A stretch of 62,594 nucleotides of DNA, filler included, from Perkinsus olseni (lineage: Eukaryota): the NCBI GenBank assembly GCA_013115125.1. It is 3 parts of 3 records of this genome, joined end to end, with 100 filler letters (N's around TTAATTAATTAA, not from the genome) between each part and the next. Parts side by side here need not be neighbours in the genome. Positions count along the whole stretch, not along the records: positions 20,921 to 41,714 come from JABANN010000569.1; 2 more parts are not named here. One strand, 5' to 3'. Position numbers and translations under genes: made by a program. The notes beneath the pieces were generated by a model, which did no database searches, was not told the origin of the DNA, and was given only the letters and a program-made list of their open reading frames with translations. Below, in pieces: positions 23,851 through 36,276 of this stretch (position 1 is the stretch's first letter; every line of letters starts with the position of its first letter).

Positions 23851-24847
23851 GAGTTAATAGGCGCTGAGTAGTGAACAAAAATATGTTAAAATGATAGAAA
23901 AAAGGAAAATGGCTACTCGAAGTGTTTGACGGCGATCCAGCATCATCCCTCAAGGTTATTAATCTTGATGAAAAAAGGGGCCATTGGCGCCTTCGAGATT
24001 TCGCAAGGAATCCAGGGTGAAGGCATCTTCACCAATGGTTGCTGAATTTCAACAGCTAAAATTGCCGGAGATATACGGTATTGGCGACATTATGTCACCG
24101 TCATACAATTTCCGAAAGCGGTACCCTACATCAGCATTACTCCCACTGGGCCACTGGCAGTGGCTGTTGGTTCTGATAGAAAAAGGGAATGGCTATTGAA
24201 AGTACTCGACAGCGATTCTTCACGTCAGCACCATCAAACTAAAAGCTAGTGAATGGCGTTTCTGGGTAAACTCTTAGGATTCCACTAACCATATCCCTAT
24301 TCAATTCTGGAATTCTCAATGGTTAACACCTAGCACCATTGTCAATGTTGCTTGCGTTAAAACAGCTGAGGAAACTCCTTTGGACTGGGAGGCCTAATGT
24401 ACCTCTCGATTCGAGAGTCTCGAGGGGTCGGCATGATAGCCGCGTTCAACTGCTGCGTTCGGTTGATGTTTTTCCATAGCGAGTGCCGTTCCAGAGCACT
24501 GCTCTGCTGGAAACTCGTTTACTCCGAGTAGACGAGTTTCCGCTGCCTGTGCGTGTCTCCACCAAACTGGACATCACAAGCCGAAGCAAAGAAAAGGCGG
24601 GTGTTGACCTAATGACAACCCCCCGGCCGTGCGCCACAGCCCACCAGGCACCTCGCTAGCAGCTATGGACACCTGGAATGATTGTGAACAGCCCCATGTA
24701 GACCATTGACAACAGCTCTGAAAGAACATCTCTTAGGGTTCCGGTAACACGCATGATATGCGGTGGACAACACTGCTATTCATCAATAGCTCTTCAGATG
24801 CTGTATTGTACAGCAAGTAAGGAGGACCCCTTGTGAATACGCTATCC

Positions 24848-25108
24848 TCACTCATCGCGAGGCTCGCACCACTTGTAGCATGTCTTCATATCTCTGGTCA
24901 ATTTCCTACAATATTCGTGCTTCTTTTCACTCCTGTAACACACGCAAGGATCAGAGGTGCCCGAGTCGTCGTCTGCGCCACAGTGGAACGGCTTCTTCAA
25001 GGCTTTTATCAATCGGTGATCTTTCTTCTTCCCGCGTGCACGTACGGCCAGTCCGTGTAATAAAATAGCGGAGATGATGAGGAATCTCAGGAGGAAAAGC
25101 CAGGCCAT
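24848..25108 (-). CDS. Small secreted cysteine-rich protein (86 aa)
   Basis: ATG-initiated single exon with a hydrophobic signal peptide (MAWLFLLRFLIISAILLHGLAVRA), a basic linker, and six Cys in the last ~45 aa. Confidence 0.55.
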   Translation of the reverse strand: MAWLFLLRFLIISAILLHGLAVRARGKKKDHRLIKALKKPFHCGADDDSGTSDPCVCYRSEKKHEYCRKLTRDMKTCYKWCEPRDE

Positions 25109-25190
25109 CGTGCGGAGAAAAACCGAGTAAACTATAAGTGTATCGGCTCCTAGTTAGTGTCGCTGCCTTGACGTCGTTGTATAGACGACC

Positions 25191-25470
25191 GGGTGAAGTA
25201 CAAAATCCAAGGGAAAGGTACAAAATCCAAGGAAGCGCGTGCGGCAGGGAGGCAAAATCAACAGAAAAAAACCCTGAACTGTGGGTGAAGGCAGGAACGG
25301 GGAACCAGAAACCCCTCCCGAAATCCGACAGGGCAACGGTTGCCCGGCAACCAGATCCCGAAACTGTTACCTAGGGCAACCAGAAACCCGAACTGTTGCC
25401 CAGGTACAGCAGATCCCGGAAAACGCTTCCTTGGATTTTGTACCTTTCCCTTGGATTTTGGGAATTACCC
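25191..25470. mobile_element. Non-autonomous Mutator-like MITE (280 bp)
   Basis: Perfect 37-bp inverted repeat (25201-25237 vs 25424-25460), termini GGGT...ACCC, and a 10-bp direct repeat ATAGACGACC at 25181-25190 and 25471-25480. Confidence 0.85.
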
Positions 25471-26156
25471 ATAGACGACCGGACTTGTCAATATGGGAAA
25501 AACCATATTTCTAAAGAATGTGGCCATTTTCTAAAGAACGTTCGCGCTCGCCCGGGAGAGGAATGGGACCACGCTATTGACTCTAGGTGATGGTCGCCCG
25601 AAGGGCGACCTGAGTCGGGTTTTGGGTTGACGGGGGTTACGGTCAGTACTCCACTAGGTCTTTTTTTCTTCAGTTTTTCTCCTTCTTTAGATTTTCGCCC
25701 TCTCGCTTAGATTTTCACCGTCTACCTGTCAATATTGCGTTGACAAAATAAGGGAAATGCAAGTGAAGCTAGAGAGTCAAGATTTGGTGAGCAGGCAAAA
25801 AACTGAATTCCCGGAGGTCGCTCTGTGCGCTCTCTGGCAGTCCTTCTGCTTCTATAGCGCTTTCAACCAGTAGAAGTGAGCTTCGTTGACGCTGCGGCTG
25901 GGTGTAACTTATGCGGCGCTTGAGGGAAGTTTTTTTTGGGCAGTGAGGAGGTCTCTTATACGTCATTGCTGTACATGTTACACTTGCCGAGTCTTTCTGC
26001 ACTAAGGGCGCTGGCAGTCACGCCAATTATACACGAAAGTGGTCTTCAAAAACTCTTTCAGATGCCAGTTGCTGCAGTATTAAGCCTCTCTGAGGAGTTC
26101 CCTTAGTCACTCGAGTTTTCTCTTGCGTAGTTTCTTCGTCTTTCCCTCCCGTCAAG

Positions 26157-29100
26157 ATGTCGTCCAACACTGCAGGGCAGCAGACATCTCCTGCAGTGGC
26201 TGCTGCCCATGAACGATGGTTCAGTAAATGTACTATAGACCAATTAAAGGACATAGCCCGGTAGTCGTACTCGATGATCGGAGTGGGCCTGAGTATATCG
26301 GGCTTGTCACTAGGCACTTCCGACTGCGCGTGGGAGGCAGGAAACAAGAGCTCATCGGGCGACTTATCAATTACGTTATAGAGAACCCGCATGCATGGCA
26401 GGAACTTCAACGGACCGGGAGTAAGTGCTGGAAGAGCTGCCAGCGGCCAGCTGTGGGGTGTAGGTAATTCAGTATTTGGAGGTGGTGGATGGTCGCAGGG
26501 AGCTCATTATGGGGCCTCAAGTTCTTCTCGCGGCGATATGTACTTTAGCCATGCTGAGAACGCTGCTAGGACTTTCGGCGGTAGGAGAGTATCCAAGGTC
26601 GAAGCTGGTTAATGAGAGATAGTTGGATATTCTGTAGGGTCCTCGTCGACCGCGGCAGATAGAGGAGGGCTTCCTGGGCAAGCGGTGAAGGACCCAGATT
26701 TGGAAGAAGTGTTTGAGGCTATGGATCCCTTCTGGGAGGCGGCGCCCTCAGCGGTAGTATCGGTGGCGGGGTAGGGCGGTGCAACGAACGCCGCTAGAAG
26801 GGAACGTGATGACGACCTCTCCGGAAAGAAGCGCTCCGACGTCTGAACTTCTGCGCCCGCACTTATTACATTCGCCTTGGCGACACTGGAATCGGTGGGA
26901 GGGGTATATTGACATTTGTTTCTCGAGAGGCTTCAAATTTTCTCTGCTGGCCTCTCTTGTATTCGTCATACCGCTGTCGTCACGATGGGAACAATGAACA
27001 TATGATCCGTGAGTCACCATCATGATGGTAGCCTTCAGTGTGCAGTTGTGACTAGTGGATGAGGATGGTCTGATTTGTGAAAACTTTGGTATGGCCCGAT
27101 TGATACTTGAAGTATTGGGAGTAAGCGTTGGAACCGTGGTAACTTGTGGTATATTCGTCGTGCCACTGTCGTCGTGATATTTACAACGGAAATAACACAT
27201 GTAGGTCGTTATCATGAGAATTGCCTTCGGTGCCTTAGTGCAAGTGGGCGACTTGAACTGGTGAAGTTTTGGTATGATCAGGTAAATAGTCGGGCAGTAT
27301 TGGGGATGTGGAGGCTGAGCTATGGTAAATTCTTTGCGGAACTGAATGCGAAGCACGTGAAGGAATGGCGACGACAAGGGGCGAGAGTTTTTGCTCGGAT
27401 GATACGCTGCCCTGCGAAGAGGTAGGCGCAGGTTCGATCCCCGGTGACGATATTTATCGGAACTTTTATCAGTCGTATGAGACTATCGAGTGAGCGAATC
27501 ACGCACCAATGGCCGTACACTCTGGAGGTCCGAATAAATAATAGTGAAGCAGTGAAGGTGAGGTGGTATCTTAGGTTGAAGCTGGCGTACAGTGCAACCA
27601 AAGATATCACACTGGTGGGATGGACTTATCCTTGTAGATTGACCCTCCAAAGCATCTGAAGGTCCGCAGGGATGAGCCAATTGACATCACAACCTGTCTG
27701 AGTTCTCACGAGGAAGTGAACCGCATCACGGTAATAATCTGGGTCGTCCATTGGAAGCCTCCCTCCCCCACGATTGTTGGTCTAGGTATCGTCTACGCCG
27801 TCTCCTAAGGGAGGGAGCAAGCCCGAGGAGTTCGTCCTGGCCTTGGTACTGTGTGTACGTCGAACCACGGATGATTTAGTGAAATCGGTGAGTCATGCAG
27901 GGTTGGAGGGGAGACTCGTACGGGCTTCGGTTGGAGGGTATCACCTCATTGAAGGGTTGAACAGTGCTAAACGCGGGAGAAAAGATACGCTTCGGAATTT
28001 TCTATGGTGAAAAGGGTAACAGAAGTAGTGGCCATGCGAGTGAAAACGTATCTTCAGTGAACGGTGGTCCACACCGGGTAAATGGAATCTTTCCGATTGT
28101 GCTCCGTCTTGGGGGGAACCTCTTCGCTTCGCCACCTTGCAGTTACTTTCTGCCGCCTCTCGTGGACAGGGGGCGACTGTTTCTATTTTGCACGCAACTC
28201 TCGACCGTGCCACCAAGTGAATCACGCGGTCTTCTTTTTTTCTCTGCTATGGTTGGCGCCATACCGTCGTCACCATGGTGGCGTTTAGTGTACCATTGGT
28301 CGTCCAATCAGTCTCGTATTATGAGCTCGGCTGTGCTGGTTGGACTCTGTGTGGTCCTCAGGTACCGATTCTTAGCACTGCAGAGTGCCGGGCGAGGATA
28401 GGTCGAGTGTTGAACAGAGAAGGGCTGCATGATGATGGCGAGGTGGAGATAGAAGGCAGCAGGGAGGAGCTAGAGGGCAACACTAGGTGACGATGGTGGT
28501 GCTCCTTCAGGGGGATAGCTCCTCGTTCAGGGTACTGCCTTTGACGTGTCCGCTGTCGATGTGCCCGATGAGCATGCCAGCTCGAGGCAAGAACTGCACC
28601 CACATGCAGGTAGGCTTGACCCTCCTGTGGCCGGTGGAAGGGTGTTGCCTTAGTGCTTCGATTTGGAGATGTTCATCGGGACACAGCCTAGGATGTCCGC
28701 CTTCAACAACCGATGGAAGTGCGGTGTGTGCTCGCGAGTAGTGAGACCGGATGACCTGGTGGTGGATGGCTTCGTTTTGGATGTGATAAAGGCCACAGCG
28801 GACGCTTCCGGACGTCCCACATGCGACTCAGTAAGGGTAGAACAGGTATTGGTGGTGGTGACTGACGGCGCCTGTAGGTCCATCTTGATAAGAGGACCCT
28901 GGATTGGTCGGTGGACCCCTCGGATTATGCTTCCGGTAGTGACGATGGTGATAGTGAGGGGGAGGAAGGAAGGACGTCGACTAAGAAGGAAGAGGAGGTC
29001 AGTTGAAGACGGGCTGTGGGTCACTTCGGGCCTGGCCGGCGTCACCTGTGATTCAACCGAGGACCTCGTACGTGAATGTTGAAGAGTACCTTCTTGCTCA

Positions 29101-29773
29101 TCAGGATGACTCTACGACGGCTCCTGCCGATAGCCACGGATCATCACACCGGCCACGGGAGACGACCATGGTGGATCTGATGGGCAGCTCTTCATCTAGT
29201 GAGGATGAAACACCGCTGTTGTCCAGACCGCGATATCCGGTACGTCTAATAAAGTTAGTCACGTTGCGGTGTTTTTATGGTATTGGAGTAGTTACTTCCG
29301 AGCTCTCATCATGCACCAATTGGTGGTGTGATGCAGCATGGGCCTCCGCCCTCGGTTGAGGACATCGTAGCGAACCGACTGAATGCTGCTGGCAGTGGTA
29401 GTGGACCGTCCTCTTCGTCGTCCACCTCGACGTCCCTGGACAAGGACTGGTACTTGCAGGAGGTAGTTGTGGTATTGGTAGCGTGCAGGAGATGGACTAG
29501 CCCTTTCAGTACCCGATCCTCCCTCCTACTGCGGCCAATGGCGTGCCGCCGCCGCCGGTGATGATGGCCGATGGTCGGTGTTGCGTGTCTAGCGGTGTGC
29601 TGCCCTCCCCGAGGAAGGGAGACCAACGGCAGTACAGTGCAGCGTTGTTGACCCAGGCCTACAGGCCTTATGAAGAGGCGGAGAGGGAACGGAGCAGGAA
29701 GAGAAGGTTGAGGAAATGCGAGATGGACCAAGATAGCAAGAAATCTAGACGGCGGAAGCGCCATGGGCAGTAA
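26157..29773 (+). CDS. SIZ1: SIZ/PIAS-family SUMO E3 ligase (SAP + PINIT + SP-RING/MIZ), multi-exon
   Basis: SAP domain (CTIDQLKDIAR|HFRLRVGGRKQELIGRL), DPFW, HQWPYTLEVRINN...EPIDIT (PINIT), SP-RING (LTCPLSMCPMSMPARGKNCTHMQ|CFDLE...WKCGVC), and a SIM-like MVDLMGSSSSSEDE. The 3' end is approximate. Confidence 0.88.
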
Positions 29774-31019
29774 GGCAGTGTCCGTAGGGAGGACGAACTT
29801 TACTTTTGTTTCTCTCAGAGGTGCGATCCCTCGGGGCCCTATTGGGAAGGTTCTCGAAGGGGGGCTCATCGACCTATGCGACAGTGATTGAAATGGTCCC
29901 ACTGTGTAATGAGAATCTTGCTCTCTTACATTTCCTCAACGGTCGGTAGTCGTCCAAGCAGATCCGAGAGATTGTGCAGTGGAAACCATTTGTAGTATTT
30001 GTCGTTCAATAGGCGGCTACGCCACATACGTAAGTTCTAGAGCTTCGGAAGGGAGGAGTTTGTCGCGTTGTGAAATCGCAAGAGAACAAGATTTGCAAGT
30101 GGTGGTCGAGTCTGGTCCTCAGTCGATGTACTTGCCGCATGTCTTCTGAGTCGAGGAAACGCAGCAAGAGAAAGGAGAAGAGCTCAGCAGGTAGGGAGAT
30201 TCCGGGATCGATCCCAGCAACCGGTATTTTTCCGTCGTTTAGATAAGTCTGATCGAGACGATAAGAAGCAAGAGCGCAGAGTTTGGCGGTCTGCTTTGAA
30301 AAATAAAGTGAGGAGGCTAGTGAGTTGTTCTGAGCTCGGGTAGTCTGGGGGCTTTCTGACCGGGTTAGTGGTCACCGCTGAAGGAGGGTAGAAAATGCTA
30401 CAGTAGTAGCCTTAGGAAGTAGATTTGCCAGTGGGAGGTTCGTCTGTATCACAGCGCAAGGGTGGGGGTATAGCGCTTGGGATTTGTTGAAGGGGTGGTA
30501 TCTGTGCTGTCCGTGGGAGTATTTCTATCGAAGAGGGTCGTAGATACAGCCAGCCCGGGGCTTCGGACCGGAGTCTAGCAGCAGGGCGGCGTCTTCGGAC
30601 CGAAGGGTTAAGGGAAGGTGGAGTAGATGGGTGATGGAGGGGTTTAATCTATTGGGAGAGGTTATGATAGCTGAGAGTGTCGGAGGGTACGCGATGGACG
30701 CTAGAGAGGAGGCTGAGAGGTTGGAGAAAATCAAGATGGGCCGACAGAAAGTGAGCTTCAGGCGAAGGTGGTCTCGGTTAGCTCAGGAGTTGAGTGCTGG
30801 AGGCTGTGTGTTCTTGTGCGAGTTGGTGAAGATATGGTATGGAAAATGTTGTGAGGCGTGCATGGTACAGCCCGATTTGGGTGCTTTCCTAAATATGACT
30901 ATTTGCTCCTGCCAGGAATCGAACCTGCGCGGATACAGTCCTCATCGGAAAAGTGTTGTCCACGATGTCAAAACTTTTTTAGCGCGTGCCTCTTTTTTCT
31001 ACCTCTTGTCCCAAATTTG

Positions 31020-31190
31020 TTCTCCCGCCTTCACCCACCTAAAAGCTCGGGTTTCTGGTCCCCTTGGGAGCAGCTTGGCCTTGGATAACAGTTCGGGTTT
31101 CTGGCTGCCCTATCGGGTTTCGGGTGGGGTTTCGGGTTTCCCTTTCTCGGCTCTCACCCGCAGTCCTTCGTTTCTTTTCCTGTCCTACGA
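31020..31190 (-). repeat. Diverged copy of the internal sequence of the 25191-25470 MITE
   Basis: The reverse complement contains TAGGGCAGCCAGAAACCCGAACTGTTATCCAAGG (MITE: TAGGGCAACCAGAAACCCGAACTGTTGCCCAGG) and GTGGGTGAAGGC. Confidence 0.65.
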
Positions 31191-31785
31191 ATTAGTTTTA
31201 ACCTGCAGCTGAGATTGGATTCAGCAATACCGTCTCACTTGAGCTCAGAGTCAGTTAGTTACTAACTTTGAGTAAGATGGCCTTACTTACACCCTCTTAG
31301 AACTTTGGAAGGGATTCGTGACATCACTGATTACTTTATTGACAACTGCAGGATATTTGTGACATCCGTGACAAATTAAGGGCGCCCGAAAAAATCCGTC
31401 TTCATGATCAGGTCCTACGAGGCTTACTACTAAGCAGCACCAGCTGGATAAATGACCAGGTCGTATGCACTTCCGCCACGAGCAAGGCGCGGGACATTTC
31501 CGGTAACGGGAGAGGTCGAGTGCTCTGGAGCAGGATTTCCACCCTTCAGCGCCTGAGAACGAGTTCATAAATCCCAAGCAGGAAGATAGACTGCTGAGCG
31601 TCAGCAAGTCGAGGTCGCTAGTCCAACTCCATTACGATTAGGATACTCCTCCTGGCCGCCAGGTACACGGTTATATCGGTGGACTATGGCGGCTGCATTG
31701 GGCTCATGACACGACCTGCCTTCGCCGAAGTGAAAGGCAAGCCGAAGACCCTGGGGGGAGCAGCAACTCCAGCAAGTGGTCAGTT

Positions 31786-32484
31786 AGTGTATTCGTCGCT
31801 CGAGTGGGAGCTTCCTTGTCATAGGGCACCCAGTGAACAGCCCGAGATCTGGAGGGGGTCAGGAGGCGGGGCGGTACTTTAAGAGTTGGCAGGGGGCGGC
31901 TACAGGGGATACGGCTCTCCACATGGCTGTTAGGTAGGGTCCTGCAGGTGGTAGACTGAATAGTCCTTAGTAGAGTGCACGACCGTCTGCTGGTGGCGGC
32001 GTTGATGATGATGGGAGCGGACATGGAGGCGAGGAATGGCGATGGGATGACACCTGACAAGGCACTCAAGTTCAACCCGACAGAACGGCTCGATGCTGGC
32101 CTCAAGATGAGCCCTTTGGTGGGGTGCTGCTGCTGGTGCTGCTGCTGGTGCTGCTGGTTCGGGGGAGGTAATAGTCACTCTCTTCAGGACCCTCGTATAG
32201 GGGGCAGGGATTACCTGGAAGGGCTGTACTATCGTGTGGCCAAGCCCGACAGTGCGGATGATTCTTCGCAACTCAACCCGCCGAACTCCAAGGCTTCGGT
32301 GGGCGTCTGGTGGGAGTCCCTTCAGGGTTCGAGTAGGCTGCTGTGGTCGCAGGGTAATGACTACTTCGGAACGGTGGCAGCGGCCGAGGCGCAGTCCCAG
32401 TCGTTGGTGGCTGATGGTACCCTCTGGCAGGAAGAGATATTGATGTCGATACGTAAAGCGGTGAACGGGAGTGCAGCCCTTTGA
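31786..32484 (+). CDS. Ankyrin-repeat protein (5' end not resolved)
   Basis: Spliced reading GDTALHMAVR|VHDRLLVAALMMMGADMEARNGDGMTP matches the ankyrin consensus. Confidence 0.55.
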
Positions 32485-33292
32485 GATGGGATGAGGAAAT
32501 CCGTTCCGTCGCAACCACTCGCCTGTTGTTGTGATCGCCGCACCTAATACATTCTGGGAAGTACCCTAGTGCAGTGTGAACCAAAAACCGTAATCATCTT
32601 GCTCAACCTGGAGAGCTACTTCGCCACCTAGTTGGAAGCTGCTGAGTACAGTCCAATCGGGAAAGAATTTCCCAAGTCCTTCATGTCACCATTGGCCCAA
32701 ACTTCATCGAATTGTCTTCTGACAATTTCCTCTGTTCACACGGGCTTGTATTTATATTGTTCTCGGCCGTCCCAATCGTGCCGATGTCGTACTGCACGTA
32801 GTGGTTAGAAGAAATTCGAGGCAGCAACTTATTTTCTCTCGATTGATCTCCTTTGGGTCGCCATACACCGACATAGTTCCCTTTTTGCCGTCTTTTGGGA
32901 GCGCTCAGCGGGCCAGTGCCTTTGCTGGAGGGTGGTGCTTTTCAGAGAGGTTCAGCGCGTACCGGAGGGCCCCATCGGATGCTGCGCAGCTGGAGATTGC
33001 TACTGACATCATAGCGACCCTTTGCCGACAGGTAATAGGAAAAGTAGTTGAAGCTGCACTGCTTCGAATGATCGTTGGGACACCTCTTTCGTGGCGTTCG
33101 TTTTTATGCTACTTTCCAAGCTTCAACAGTCAGGAAACACTCGTGTAGTGATGCTAGGGCAGTAATATTTCGACGGCTTCATTCGGTCTCATTTTTTGTC
33201 ATTTCTTTCTTCTAACTTTTGTAGTACTGTTTTCACCGGGTACTGTTTATTTGGTCTTTACTCGACCGACTGAGCTCTGCTGGGACTGTATT

Positions 33293-34435
33293 ATGTCGAT
33301 CAGGGGGCGATCGAGGGGGTGTTCTCGGCTGACGCCCCTCGATTCAAGTGGTTGGTCCTAGCTAGTGAAGCCACTCGGTCGAGGGGGCCGTCTCGTCGTC
33401 GGCCTCGCGAGGAAGAACAGCAGACGGCGCAGAATGTCTGGAGCGAGTCGAGGGTGTGGATGGGGAAGTAGGGGCGGCTGGCAGCCTGTGGAGGTGAGGA
33501 CTTGGACAGGTGCGAGGAGTTGTACCCGGGGGGACCGTCGCGGCTGTTGAGCTTACCAGAAGCGGCAGAGCAACTGAGTGTTGCTGAACGATCGGGGGGC
33601 ATTGGGCCCCTGTTGGGAGGGCAGGCACGGTCAGGAGGGGGGTCTGGTAAAGCCCTGAAGCTTCCAACGCAGCGGCTGTTAAAGATGAGGATAGAGGGCG
33701 AGAAGGGAGGCGGAAAAACTGCGGTAATGTTGAGCTTTGGCCGGGCCTTGAGGAGAGTTTTGTAGTCGCCGGACGAGTCGGGTAATAGGGAGAATAGTAG
33801 AGGGTACTATGACGATAGAGAAGATGAGATCTTGCCGATCGAGGGCGAGATACTCCGGTACAGGGGCCTTCGCTTTGGTAACGCTCGAACGTAAGAGGGG
33901 CTCCGTGCTCATAGGTCATGCGGTGGAGGTCCAATTTTCAGGACCATTTTCCAGTCCCCGAATTTTGAGATCGCTAACGGTGACACTCTGCTGCACGTGG
34001 CGATACGGATGAGGAATTACTATCTTATCAGGTGAGACTTCTTTGAGGAGGAGTTGGTGGATGTTTGGTAGGTTTTTGTTGGCTTGCGCTGCTGCTAGAG
34101 GACAGCGGCGTATGGTGATAGGGCTGAAGAACAGCGAGGTAGTTGAGGAAATGCAAGTCGTTGCAAGAGCGCAAGATTTTGTAAATCTTTTGCAGGGTGT
34201 CACGTGCAGTAGATTGTCCGACATGGAAGGGCTCGGCTCTCTTGGAGAACTATGCCCGAAAATGAATAAGGCGAAGCGAAACAAGAAGGGCCTGCCGATC
34301 GTGGAACTTCTCCTGAGTAGAGATGGTCTAGGGTGGCCTTCTCCACAGCACGGGTTTGAATACTATCAGGCGTCTTGCGGTTCAAGAGACCACAAGGGAA
34401 GCAGAGCGGGAAGCTATCGCAGTTCCTTAGTCTGA
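33293..34435 (+). CDS. Ankyrin-repeat-containing hypothetical protein, multi-exon
   Basis: Exon chain includes NGDTLLHVAIRMRNYYLIR|FLL (ankyrin-like). Ends are approximate. Confidence 0.45.
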
Positions 34436-34653
34436 AGAAGAAGTACGGCACGTATAAGTACGGTGGGGTGTTGGATTTGAGCGATGGATGGTATGGGTTT
34501 CTTAGAATTAAGAAGAAAACGTAGCTACATCATGCGTACCATACGGTCGGATGTTTTCGTCGCTTCACGCTGTTGCGTTAGGAGGGGGACTAGGGTTCGA
34601 TTCTCTCTGTCAGCAATTCTAACTCTTTTTCTTTTTCCCGGTGCCCCTTGGAA

Positions 34654-36276
34654 ATGTTGGAAGCCTTCGCGCGGCCTGGGAGTATCGGAGTGGTCCTCCT
34701 TCTTCTGGCCTGCATGGCTATCAACTTGGGGATGATCTTCCAAAAATTGGCCACCGTGAAGTCGGGCGTCGGCACGGCAGGGTTCTGGGCAAGCTGTGGC
34801 TTCAGCATGGAATACCTTACCAACGGGTAATACGGGCTCTCAATACTGATGACCGCCTGATGGCTGGGTGAGGATTGCGGAAGCTTCTGAACTGCGGCCG
34901 GGTCCTCCTGGCATCCAGTTGGGCAATGTCTTCGCTCTTCTCCGGTCAAGTCGGTGGGCTCGAGCGGCTAATAAGAGTCGTTCACGCTTGGTGACTGTTG
35001 CTAGGTATCTTTGGTTGGGCCTGGTCTTATACAGTGTAGGACAGTACGGCTGTCTCCATGCTCTGGCCATGGCGCCCCACTTCACCTATGCCTCCCTCAA
35101 TGCTCTCATCATCATCAGCAACTCCATCCTATCCCCGTTGTTACTCGGAGAGAAGCATAAGGGGTAGTACTGCGCTCACTCGGTAGGGTGGTAGTACTCT
35201 GGCGCAGGTGGTCGTTGCAATGCGCATGGCTGATGGCAGCAGGATCGACTGCCGTCCTGATGGCCGATGGCTCCACCTTGATCGGCCTGTTGGTCGACGG
35301 CAGCGGTAGTAGCCCTGTGAAGGAGCATGTATGGCAGAGGGAAGCACAGCTCGAGTCACAGTAGGGGTCTGACGGGCGTGCCGAGGGTCATGTCCTTTTT
35401 CGCTTAGCTTCGCCCAACGGCCTTTCTTGGTCTTGATATCCATCATCGCCTTTGCCGTTGTGGCAGCAGCCCTCGTGAAGATGTAAGTGCCGAGAGCCTG
35501 CTTTTCGTGGGGTTGACTTTGCCAAACTCAGCCTGTCGGTGACGTCATCTCGCCTTCATTGGGTGAGGCATACAAGCGTCGACATTCTCCTCTTCGCTGT
35601 CCCTGCTGCTATGCTGGCCTCGCTGGCTCTACTCTTCGTGAGGTACTTCCTGCCCTCTGGTCGCAGCCGGTTGAAGGGCTTCTTTCCCTCTTCAGATCTG
35701 TAGTTCATCTCGCACTGACGTCACTCTCTCATCCGGAGACCATCTGGTTCCTAACGAAGCCTCAGTGGGGCATCATAGCCGTGGGGGCGACCGCAGGTGC
35801 AGGAGGGCTCTTCTTGCTCAACTTGGGATTGATGAGGTTCAACGTGAGATTCCTGCATCATCAATGCTTCTCCCTGCTACTCCGTCGCCCTTATCAGACA
35901 CTATGGTTCCTGCCCGTCTACTACTCAGTGGCGGCTGTCCTCCAGGCGGTCGTGGCAGGAATCTATTTCGAAGGTGACGTCGCCTTCACCCGGCAGAGTT
36001 TTCCAGCTCTTGTCCGCTTTAGAATTCCGTCACCTTGGGGCGCGGTCGATGATGTTGGTCGGGCTGGGAGGAGTGATGAACGTGGCTGCGGTGTGGATGC
36101 TGCTGAGGACGGCGCCTGATGATGACGAGGGACTGCAGATGGAGAGAACGAGGATATGTCTCACGGCCCGCCTGCCCGACCTCTACATGGAGGAGGATGG
36201 TGGTGGTGATAGGGCGACCAGCCAATGGCCAGGGACCGCCTCTAGTCTGACAGGTCGGGGGTCTGTCTTTCCGTGA
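34654..36276 (+). CDS. NIPA/DUF803 magnesium-transporter family protein, copy A (multi-exon)
   Basis: INLGMIFQK, LWLGLVLYSVGQ...AMAPHFTYASLNALIIISNSILSPLLLGE, and FLPVYY...AGIYFEE; multiple hydrophobic segments. Confidence 0.8.

Noticed and set aside
30184-30800. Purine-skewed region with ORF fragments, possible retroelement remnant
   Set aside because: No RT, endonuclease or gag motif that I can identify.
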